DNA of 64,000 nt from Sphingomicrobium sp. (GTDB lineage Bacteria > Pseudomonadota > Alphaproteobacteria > Sphingomonadales > Sphingomonadaceae). Shown piece after piece: positions 9,303 through 17,203 of the stretch. The notes beneath the pieces are model-generated. The model saw nothing but the letters and a program-made list of their open reading frames with translations, did no database searches and was not told where the DNA came from. Position 1 is the stretch's first letter. Each line of letters opens with the position of its first letter. Location of the stretch: assembly GCA_035606455.1 (NCBI GenBank), contig DATNFJ010000011.1, forward strand, positions 2,034-66,033, read 5' to 3'. The translations under genes were made by a program, and so were the position numbers.

Positions 9303-10755
9303 ACGCCGCGCCGCTGTCCGGCCGCGCGTAGAACATGTGTCCACCCGGATAGACGTGGAGCTGGATGTTCTGGAACGGGCCTTCGGGCGGCATCTGGTCG
9401 ACGATCAGCTTCGATCCGAAATAAGGGCAGGACAGGTCGTCCCAGCCGTGGACGATCATCACCGCCATCTTGGGATCGTTGCCGATCGCCTTCCTGAGGT
9501 CGGTCACCGGCGAATCCGTCTCGTCGCGCTTCCACGCCCGGTTCACATCGTACGAAAGCGTTTCGTAATGCGCGTCGTCCTTCCAGCCGACCTGGTTCGT
9601 GATGAAGTCGACGGCGGCACTTGTCGTCGGCGCGATGATCCCGTCGAGGAGCGGGTCGTTGTAGCGGGCCTCGGCCGAACCCGGGAACGGGTCCCACGCG
9701 GTCACGTTTGAATCGTAGACGCTTCCGACCTGGCCGGTGTTGCGGCGGATTTCGCGGAGATAGGTCTCGATGTCGACCCGGCCGTTGAGCCGCCGCACCA
9801 GCGTGGGATCGAGCCCGGTCAGCTCCGCGACGTGTGCGGAGAGCCGGTCGGTCGCGGCCTTGTTCTCGGTGCCCGCAAGGAAGTCGGTGACGAACTGGGT
9901 GCGGGTGTAGTCCTCGACCTCTGCCATGCGCTGCGGCGTCAGCTGACCCTCGCGCTCGAAATGGCCGGCGGCCATGGCGGGAAGGTTGATCATCCACGGA
10001 AGCGGCGACAGAGCCGTCTCCTCGCCGGTCGCGGCGGGATCGAGCGCGGGGGAAACCATGACGATGCCGGAGACGCCGACGCCCATTCGGGACTGAAGCT
10101 CATAGGCGAGCTTGGGCACTCGGAACCCGCCGTAGCTTTCCCCGATCAGATATTTGCGGCTCGTCATCCGGCCGTTCCTGACCAGCCAGTCGTAAACGAC
10201 CCGGCTCAGGTAGCTGATGTCGTTCTTCGCGTCGTAAAAGTCCTTCTTCGTAGCATCCTCGTCCTCGAGACTGCGCGAAAAGCCCGTTCCGACGGGATCG
10301 ATGAAGACGAGGTCGGTGAATCCGAGCCAGGTGTTCGGGTTGGAGCGGAGGACGGCAGGGTCCGACGGGCTGTCGCCCTGGACGCCGAAGTTCACCTTCT
10401 TGGGCCCGATCGCGCCCATGTTGAGGAAGACGGAGGATGCGCCGGGACCCCCATTGAAGGCAAAGGTCACCGGCCGCGCATAGCCGGTCGAAGGCATGGT
10501 GTAGGCGGTATAGACCACCTGGCCGATGGTCTTGCCCTTGGCATCGTGGATGTCGATGTGGCCGACCGTTGCCGTGTAGCGGAGCACTCGCCCGTCGACG
10601 TTGATCTCCTGTTGCACGGACTTGTTCGGCGACATGGGCGGGAGCTCGATCTTCGCTTTCTCATCGCCCTTGGCCGGGGCATCGTCGGCCAGAGCGGGCG
10701 CGGCGATGATCGCCAGCGCGGCGGCAACGGATATCGAACAAAGAAAACGGCGCAT
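9268..10755 (-). CDS. S10 family serine carboxypeptidase, secreted
   Basis: FNGGPGASS, FIDPVGTGFS, GESYGG nucleophile, GGHMFY; signal peptide. Confidence 0.93.
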   Translation of the reverse strand: MRRFLCSISVAAALAIIAAPALADDAPAKGDEKAKIELPPMSPNKSVQQEINVDGRVLRYTATVGHIDIHDAKGKTIGQVVYTAYTMPSTGYARPVTFAFNGGPGASSVFLNMGAIGPKKVNFGVQGDSPSDPAVLRSNPNTWLGFTDLVFIDPVGTGFSRSLEDEDATKKDFYDAKNDISYLSRVVYDWLVRNGRMTSRKYLIGESYGGFRVPKLAYELQSRMGVGVSGIVMVSPALDPAATGEETALSPLPWMINLPAMAAGHFEREGQLTPQRMAEVEDYTRTQFVTDFLAGTENKAATDRLSAHVAELTGLDPTLVRRLNGRVDIETYLREIRRNTGQVGSVYDSNVTAWDPFPGSAEARYNDPLLDGIIAPTTSAAVDFITNQVGWKDDAHYETLSYDVNRAWKRDETDSPVTDLRKAIGNDPKMAVMIVHGWDDLSCPYFGSKLIVDQMPPEGPFQNIQLHVYPGGHMFYARPDSGAAFRRDAMALYHR

Positions 10756-10920
10756 CGGCAATTCCTGTGGTGAGATGGTGTCCGTTTCTTAAGGCGTGGC
10801 TCCAGTCCAACAAGGCGAGTTCCCTCGCTTGCAGACTGGAGAATGGCTTTGGTCGAAACGGCGCCCGCTACCTCGGAACGCGCCGATCGATTATGCCGCC
10901 GTATCTTGGGGAGAGCGCCA

Positions 10921-11328
10921 ATGACTGCGCCGGAACTGTTGATGCAGCGGGCGAAGGATGAGCGCCGCCGCGGTCAGGTGGCCGCCGCCGAAGCCAGTTA
11001 CGCGGAGGCCGCATCGCTCGCAGGGACGGGCGAGCTGGCGCACCTTCGAGCCCACGCCCTCCGCCATGTCGCCGAACTCGCGGCGGAGCAGGGTGCCGGT
11101 GAGCGAGCCTTGAAAGCCGCGGAAGAAGCCGTTGCGATTTATGCCGCGGATCGCGGAACGCATCGCCTGAACCTGGCGAATGCGCGGCGAGTTCGAGCGC
11201 TCGCCTTGGCGGCGCTTGGCCGTCGGCAAGAATCGGCGGCCGACTGGCGCGCCGCGCGGGAGCTTTACGAGGAGCTTGGAATTGAGGCTGGAGTCGCCGA
11301 ATGCGACCGCCGCCTGAGCTCTGCCTAG
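10921..11328 (+). CDS. Hypothetical TPR-like helical protein
   Basis: Ala-rich TPR-like helices; GGGGAGAG RBS before ATG 10921. Confidence 0.55.
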   Translation: MTAPELLMQRAKDERRRGQVAAAEASYAEAASLAGTGELAHLRAHALRHVAELAAEQGAGERALKAAEEAVAIYAADRGTHRLNLANARRVRALALAALGRRQESAADWRAARELYEELGIEAGVAECDRRLSSA

Positions 11329-12407
11329 TCGAACAGCTTGGCGAAACGGCGCTTCTCGCGGTTGCGCCAGGCGCCGCGGTGCCAGGCGTCGCTGGCGAGG
11401 AGCGGGAGGACGCTGGTCGCCTCGGCGAACACCATCTGTTCCATCGCCGTCGAGACCTTGCCCCAGCTGGCCGCTTCCTGGAGTGTCGAGGATGAGCAGG
11501 CGCCGTCGCGCACGTCGGCGACGGTGATCTGGACCGCGTACTTGTGCACCTCGACATCGTCGTGGCCGAGGATTTCCGCACAAACCACAGTATCTTGCGT
11601 GAAGTTCTTCGGAACGCCTCCACCGATCATCAGCAAGCCGGTGGTGCCCGCCTTGATCTTGATGTCGGTAAGCTCGCGGAAGTCGGCGATGCTGTCGATC
11701 GTCATATAATGGCCGCCGCGCTTCATCGCGTCGACCTGGTGCTTGACGAGGCCGAAGCCGGCCGAGCTGTCGGTGAAAGCCGGGCAGAAGATCGGAACGT
11801 CATTCTCGTACGCGAGCTGGACGAGGCTGCCCTGCTTCTTCGCGTTGCCCTCGCTCAGCCACTTGCCCATCTCGCGGATGAAGGCGCGGCTGGAATATGG
11901 CCGCGGCTCGAGGCTGTCGGCGATGAGGCCGATCGTGTGGTCGCAATCCTGCAGCTTCTCTTCGTCGATATAGGTGTCGTAGATGCGGTCGATGTAGAGC
12001 GACCGAAGGGTGTCATCGTCAGGAATTTCATTGGCTTGATAATGCTTGTGGCCAAGTGCTTCGAAGAAATCCATGTCGACGATCGTGGCGCCGGTGGCGA
12101 CGATCGCATCGACCATGTTGGAGCGCACGAGCTCGGCATAAAGGTCCATGCAGCCGCCGGCTGAGGTCGAGCCTGCGACGACGAGGATGATCGAGCAGGC
12201 GGGGTCCTCCAGCATGGTGTTGTAGATCTTGGTCGCCCGGGCCAGGTCGCGGCTGGTGAAACTCATATGGCCCATCGCATCGACGATCGGGCGGGCGTCG
12301 AACTTGGTGATGTCGATATGCTCGACGGGGCTTGAGAGAAGCTCCGCCTTGCGGGTGTCGTTGATCCGGTCGGTCTCCTGAGTCTCGATCAGGGTCTCGG
12401 TCGTCAT
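11325..12407 (-). CDS. Deoxyhypusine synthase-like protein (SpeY-like, probable homospermidine pathway)
   Basis: IFCPAFTDSSAG, IGGGVPKNF, DGACSSSTLQEAASWGK (DHS active-site Lys); ATG 12407. Confidence 0.9.
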   Translation of the reverse strand: MTTETLIETQETDRINDTRKAELLSSPVEHIDITKFDARPIVDAMGHMSFTSRDLARATKIYNTMLEDPACSIILVVAGSTSAGGCMDLYAELVRSNMVDAIVATGATIVDMDFFEALGHKHYQANEIPDDDTLRSLYIDRIYDTYIDEEKLQDCDHTIGLIADSLEPRPYSSRAFIREMGKWLSEGNAKKQGSLVQLAYENDVPIFCPAFTDSSAGFGLVKHQVDAMKRGGHYMTIDSIADFRELTDIKIKAGTTGLLMIGGGVPKNFTQDTVVCAEILGHDDVEVHKYAVQITVADVRDGACSSSTLQEAASWGKVSTAMEQMVFAEATSVLPLLASDAWHRGAWRNREKRRFAKLFD

Positions 12408-12427
12408 TTTATGCTCCAATATGCGGT

Positions 12428-12498
12428 CTGCACCCCGGCGAAGGCCGGGGCCCAGGATTGCTTCTGTTGGGCTGGGCTCCGGCCTACGCCGGAGCACA
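12428..12498. repeat. REP/RIME-like palindromic doublet
   Basis: Two inverted units: CCCCGGCGAAGGCCGGGGCCCAG on + and CTCCGGCGTAGGCCGGAGCCCAG on -. Confidence 0.8.
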
Positions 12499-12504
12499 AG
12501 CAAA

Positions 12505-13734
12505 TTAAAGCTTCACCACGTTCGAACGCTTCGGCGCAGCCGCACCATAGAGGCTCGCCATCGGCTCGTCCTCGACGATCGCCGACTGGGTCACGCCGAA
12601 GCCGTTGAACTGGGTGCGCATCGCACAGCCATAAGCGCCGAGCACCCCGATCTCGATATAATCGCCCGGACCGGTGTCGCCCGGAAGCTCGAAAGGCCCG
12701 GTCATCCTGTCCAGATCGTCGCAGGTCGGGCCGTAGAAGCTGAACTTCATCGGGCGCACCTGCGATTGCTGTTCACGGATCAGCCGTACCGGGTAGCGCC
12801 AGCCGATATGGGCGGCGTCGAACAAAGCGCCATAGGCACCGTCGTTGATGTAGAGCTCATCGCCACGGCGCTTCTCCACGCGGACGAGCACGCTCGCATA
12901 TTCGGCACACAGCGCGCGCCCCGGCTCACACCATAGCTCGGCCGAATAGCTGATCGGAAGCGCTTCATAGGCCTGGTGGATGACCGCGAAATAGGTCTCG
13001 AGCGCGGGCGGTTCCATCCCCGGATAGCAGGAAGGAAAGCCGCCGCCGACATCGACGATGTCGACCGTGACCGCTGCATCGACGATCGCCTCGCGAACGC
13101 GAGTCATCGCCTCCACGAACGCGGCAGGGGTCATCGCCTGGCTGCCGACGTGGAAGCAGATGCCAAGCGCGTCGGCCGCCTGCCGGGCCGCGACCAGCAG
13201 CGCGCTCACCTCCCGCGGATCGGCCCCGAACTTGGACGCCAGGCTGAGCTTGGCATGCTCGGAGCTCACGCGGATGCGCACCAGCAGGTTGAGGTCGGTC
13301 GCCGGAACGCCGTCTTTCGAGGTCGCGCGGACGATCTTCTCGAGCTCTTCCGCCGTGTCCAGGCTGAAGGTCTTCACGCCATGATCGAAATAGGCTTCGG
13401 CGATCGCTTCCTCGGCCTTCACCGGATGCATGAAGCAGATCACGGCCTGGGGAAGGACCTCATGGACGAGGCGCACTTCGCCGATCGAGGCGACGTCATA
13501 ATGGGTGACGCGGGAATCCCACAGAATTTGGAGCAGGTCCGGCGACGGGTTGGCCTTGACCGCGTAGAGCGATCGGCCGGGGAATTTCTCGACGAAGAAC
13601 CGGGCTGCGCGCCGCGCGGCATGCGGGCGCAGCAAAGTGACCGGTTCGACCGGGCGGCTCTTGGCGATAGCGACAGCCCCCCGGCTGCCGGTCGGGGCGG
13701 CGGCTAGCCCCAGCGCGCGATGTGGCTTGTGCAA
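12505..13734 (-). CDS. Ornithine/lysine decarboxylase (alanine-racemase fold, type III PLP)
   Basis: YAVKANP PLP lysine, FHVGSQ, DVGGGF, EPGR, GPTCD; probable TTG start at 13734 after GGAGG. Confidence 0.93.
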   Translation of the reverse strand: MHKPHRALGLAAAPTGSRGAVAIAKSRPVEPVTLLRPHAARRAARFFVEKFPGRSLYAVKANPSPDLLQILWDSRVTHYDVASIGEVRLVHEVLPQAVICFMHPVKAEEAIAEAYFDHGVKTFSLDTAEELEKIVRATSKDGVPATDLNLLVRIRVSSEHAKLSLASKFGADPREVSALLVAARQAADALGICFHVGSQAMTPAAFVEAMTRVREAIVDAAVTVDIVDVGGGFPSCYPGMEPPALETYFAVIHQAYEALPISYSAELWCEPGRALCAEYASVLVRVEKRRGDELYINDGAYGALFDAAHIGWRYPVRLIREQQSQVRPMKFSFYGPTCDDLDRMTGPFELPGDTGPGDYIEIGVLGAYGCAMRTQFNGFGVTQSAIVEDEPMASLYGAAAPKRSNVVKL

Positions 13735-13735
13735 C

Positions 13736-13838
13736 TCAAGGGACCTCCAACAGGCACGTTCTTCCAAAAAGCTGCCTTGCGGTTGGAAGTCCCATGGGGC
13801 AGCGGGGGCGATATATGTGTGGGGTCTGGGCCTGTAAA
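13736..13838 (-). promoter_or_regulatory. Decarboxylase promoter and structured leader with a 19-codon uORF (13795-13736)
   Basis: TTTACA -35 and CATATAT -10-like elements; uORF MGLPTARQLFGRTCLLEVP*; 12-bp anti-SD helix. Confidence 0.6.
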
Positions 13839-13940
13839 GATTCTTCGGCCTCAAACTTAAGATTTCCCTGCCGTATGTCGCTGATCTGCAACGGCTAATC
13901 GAATAGGTGAAATATCAACCGCTTAGGAAAACATCCCAAG

Positions 13941-14879
13941 GTCTCGCACCAGGACGTCGTCGACGCCGCGGCCCGAATTGGCGATCTCGTTCAGCGGACG
14001 CCGCTGCTCGAAAGCGATATCAAGGGCACGCGCGTGTGGCTCAAGTGCGAGTGCCTCCAGACCGGCGGGGCGTTCAAGCTTCGGGGGGCTACCAACCGCC
14101 TGCTCCAACTATCGCCGGAGGAGCGCGCGCGCGGCGTAGTCGCCTTCTCGTCGGGCAATCATGCGCGGGGAGTGGCGATTGCAGCGCGGCGCTTGGGCAT
14201 GCGCGCCATCATCGTGATGCCGTCGGACGCGCCGCAGGTGAAGGTGGACGGCACTCGCGGCGAGGGCGCCGAGATCATCTTCTACGACCGGCGGAGCGAG
14301 AGCCGCGAGGAGATCGCGGCGCGAATCGCGCAGGAAACCGGCGCGACCGTGGTGCCGAGCTTCGACGATCCGGCGATCGTTGCCGGGCAGGGGACGGCGG
14401 GCCTGGAGATCGTCGAACAGCTCGGCCGGCCGCCCGAGCGGATCGTCGTCCCGTGCGGCGGCGGCGGGCTCGCTTCCGGGATCGCGCTTGCCGTGCCGGA
14501 AGCGGAGATGGTGGTCGTCGAGCCTGAAGGGTGGGACGACATGGCCCGCTCGCTCGAGCTGGGCGAGATCGTTCCAGTCGATCCGGGAGCGCCGGACACC
14601 TTCTGCGACGCGATCCTGACTCCGCGCGTGTCGCCGATCACCTTCGGAATCCTGAAGGCCCGCAATGCCCGCGCCCTGGCGGTCAGCGACGCCAAAGTGG
14701 AAGATGCGATCCGCTTCGCCTGGGAGAAGCACGGCCTGGTGGTCGAGCCCGGCGCGGCGGTCGGACTTGCAGCGCTGCTGGCGGTCAAGATCCCGCCGTT
14801 AGAGGATATGGTGGTGGTGCTGTCGGGTGGAAATATCGATCCGGAGCTTCACGCGCGGATCATCGCGCGCGCGGCTTAG
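13941..14879 (+). CDS. Threonine/serine dehydratase (PLP); start unresolved
   Basis: KCECLQTGGAFKLRGA, SSGNHA, GQGTAG, PCGGGGL, VLSGGN; in-frame VSHQDVVDAAARI...RTPL upstream of GTG 14034. Confidence 0.9.
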   Translation, partial: VSHQDVVDAAARIGDLVQRTPLLESDIKGTRVWLKCECLQTGGAFKLRGATNRLLQLSPEERARGVVAFSSGNHARGVAIAARRLGMRAIIVMPSDAPQVKVDGTRGEGAEIIFYDRRSESREEIAARIAQETGATVVPSFDDPAIVAGQGTAGLEIVEQLGRPPERIVVPCGGGGLASGIALAVPEAEMVVVEPEGWDDMARSLELGEIVPVDPGAPDTFCDAILTPRVSPITFGILKARNARALAVSDAKVEDAIRFAWEKHGLVVEPGAAVGLAALLAVKIPPLEDMVVVLSGGNIDPELHARIIARAA

Positions 14880-15130
14880 GCGACGTTGCGCGCTTTGTAC
14901 TCGCCGGGTTCGACATGGGCGGGGCTCGACCGCTCGACCGCCTGGGTCAGCTCCTCGAGTTCGGCCGCGAGAGTCTTCAATTCACCGACCAGGAACCGGC
15001 GCTCGCCCTCCGCGACATTCTCCGACGCGTCGATGAGCGTGTCGAGCATCATCGCGATGCATGGCAGGATCGTCTCTTCGATCCGCTCAAAGGCCTCTTC
15101 AAGGCGCGCCTGCTGCTCACGGAAAGGCAT
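14876..15130 (-). CDS. Hypothetical coiled/helical protein
   Basis: Fills the intergenic gap; amphipathic helical sequence. Confidence 0.55.
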   Translation of the reverse strand: MPFREQQARLEEAFERIEETILPCIAMMLDTLIDASENVAEGERRFLVGELKTLAAELEELTQAVERSSPAHVEPGEYKARNVA

Positions 15131-15184
15131 GGCCGCCAATATGCAACGAACTCGGTTAAGTCTTTGTGAAGCAGAGGGCGAAAA

Positions 15185-15352
15185 ATGACGAATTTTTCGT
15201 CGGTTGTGATGGCCGTGGGGATGGTCAGCGGGTTCCTTCTGATCGCCGGCGGAGCGAAGCTCGCGGCCGTCCGTCAGACCCGGATGCGCGGCGTCCTGAT
15301 GATCGTCGCCGCTATGGTCATCATCATGAACGTGATGATCTGGACGGTATAG
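15185..15352 (+). CDS. 55-aa two-TM membrane protein (absent from ORF track)
   Basis: MTNFSSVVMAVGMVSGFLLIAGGAKLAAVRQTRMRGVLMIVAAMVIIMNVMIWTV*; GAGGG RBS. Confidence 0.7.
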   Translation: MTNFSSVVMAVGMVSGFLLIAGGAKLAAVRQTRMRGVLMIVAAMVIIMNVMIWTV

Positions 15353-16007
15353 CCGGCTTCACCGGGTCGGTCGCGAGGCGCATGTCGAGATAATCGTCGA
15401 CGGACTTCATCAGCTGGTCGAGCTCGTTCGCGAAGAAATGGTTGGCGCCCGGAATCAGCTCGTGATGGATGGTGATGTGTCGCTGCGTCCTCAACTTGTC
15501 GACCAGCTTCTGCACCGCGCTTGGAGTGACGACCTCGTCAGCCTCGCCCTGGACGATGATTCCCGAGGACGGGCAGGGGGCGAGGAAGCTGAAGTCGTAC
15601 ATGTTGGCGGGCGGCGCGATGGAAATGAAGCCGCGGATCTCCGGCCGCCGCATCAGTAGCTGCATTCCAATCCAGGCGCCGAAGCTGACCCCGGCGACCC
15701 AGGTCGTCTCGGCTTCCGGGTGGATCGACTGGACCCAGTCGAGAGCCGACGCCGCATCCGACAGCTCGCCGATGCCGTTGTCGAATACGCCCTGGCTTTT
15801 CCCGACGCCGCGGAAGTTGAACCGAAGCGTCGCAAAGCCGCGCCTGACGAAGGTCTGGTAAAGCAGCTGGACGATCTTGTTGTTCATCGTCCCGCCGGCC
15901 TGGGGGTGCGAGTGAAGGATCAGCGCGACCGGCGCGCGCGGCCGGGTGCCGGGGTGAAATCGGCCTTCGAGACGTCCCTCGGGGCCGGGGAAAATGACTT
16001 CGGGCAT
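15324..16007 (-). CDS. Alpha/beta hydrolase found beside cysteine desulfurase genes
   Basis: MPEVIFPGPEGRLEGR, HPQAGGTMNN, FNFRGVG, GVSFG, ANHFF. Confidence 0.92.
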   Translation of the reverse strand: MPEVIFPGPEGRLEGRFHPGTRPRAPVALILHSHPQAGGTMNNKIVQLLYQTFVRRGFATLRFNFRGVGKSQGVFDNGIGELSDAASALDWVQSIHPEAETTWVAGVSFGAWIGMQLLMRRPEIRGFISIAPPANMYDFSFLAPCPSSGIIVQGEADEVVTPSAVQKLVDKLRTQRHITIHHELIPGANHFFANELDQLMKSVDDYLDMRLATDPVKPAIPSRSSRS

Positions 16008-16126
16008 CGGGTGCTAAGTGCTCGCGAATGAAAATGTCGGCGCGCCGACGGGTGCGCCGCGGCGTCGGGTCCTATATAGGAGCGGCCGTTCAACTGGCAA
16101 TCGGCAGGAATCCGCAGCTTTTGGCC

Positions 16127-17203
16127 ATGCCCGACCGGCTCTACCTCGACCATGCGGCGATCACGCCGGTGCTGCCCGAGGCGCGCGAAGCGATCGCCCG
16201 CGCGCTGGAGCGGCCGGGCAACCCAAGCTCGCCCCACGCTGACGGGCGTGGGGCGCGCGCCGCCCTCGAGGAGGCACGCCGAACCGTGGCCGATGCGCTC
16301 GGCTGGCGTCATGACGTCGTGTTCACGTCGGGCGGGAGCGAAGCCATCCACATCGCGGCGAGCCGCGCGAAGGTCGAGCGGCGGATCGCCGGCCCGACGG
16401 AGCACGAGGCGGTTCTTGCTGCGATGGGCGCGGACGCGCTCCTGCTCCCAGTGGATTCGAACGGCTTGATCGATCTGCCGGCGCTGGAAGCGGCGCTTGC
16501 AGACGGTCCGGCGCTGGTCGCCATCCAGCTCGTCAATAACGAAACCGGCGTCATCCAGCCGCTCGACCGGATCGGCGAACTCGTGCGCCGCTCCGGGTCC
16601 CTGCTACTCGCCGATTGCGCACAGGCCGCCGGCAAGATTGCGCTGCCGGACGCCGACTTCATCGCCATCACCAGCCAGAAATTCGGCGGGGCGCCAGGCG
16701 CCGGGGCCCTGCTGGTCAGGGACCTAGGCACTTTGGACGCGAGCGGCGGGCAGGAACGCGGCTATCGGCGCGGAACGGAGAATCTTCCCGGAATCATCGG
16801 CATGGCTGCGGCGCTCGCAAGCTGCGCCTTTGCCGACGCGATGCCGCGCCTCGCCACCTTGCGCGAACATTTTGAGCAGGAAATCACAGCATCGGGCGGG
16901 CTTGTCATCGCCGCCGCCGCCCCGCGCATCGCGACGATCGGCGCTTACGCGACGCCGGGCGTGGCGAGCGCAAGCCAGCTCGTGCAGCTCGACCTCGCCG
17001 GCATTTCCGTCTCGGCGGGGAGCGCCTGCTCGTCGGGCAGCATGAAGCCGAGCCGGATGCTCGCGGCGATGGCCGTGCCTGAGGAAATTGCCGCTACGGC
17101 GATCCGCGTGAGCTTCGGGCCGTCCACCGGCGAAGCGGACATCGACCGCTTCCTTCGCGAGTGGCGCAAGATCGCGTCCAGTGCCAATGCGAAGGCGGCA
17201 TGA
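16127..17203 (+). CDS. Cysteine desulfurase family protein 1
   Basis: YLDHAA, NPSS, FTSGGSE, NNETG, QKFGG, SAGSACSSG. Confidence 0.92.
   Translation: MPDRLYLDHAAITPVLPEAREAIARALERPGNPSSPHADGRGARAALEEARRTVADALGWRHDVVFTSGGSEAIHIAASRAKVERRIAGPTEHEAVLAAMGADALLLPVDSNGLIDLPALEAALADGPALVAIQLVNNETGVIQPLDRIGELVRRSGSLLLADCAQAAGKIALPDADFIAITSQKFGGAPGAGALLVRDLGTLDASGGQERGYRRGTENLPGIIGMAAALASCAFADAMPRLATLREHFEQEITASGGLVIAAAAPRIATIGAYATPGVASASQLVQLDLAGISVSAGSACSSGSMKPSRMLAAMAVPEEIAATAIRVSFGPSTGEADIDRFLREWRKIASSANAKAA

Noticed and set aside
10762-10878. 6S RNA identity for the rod structure
   Set aside because: Too short, no large central bubble, and not in the usual zapA/ygfA context; kept as an unknown structure.
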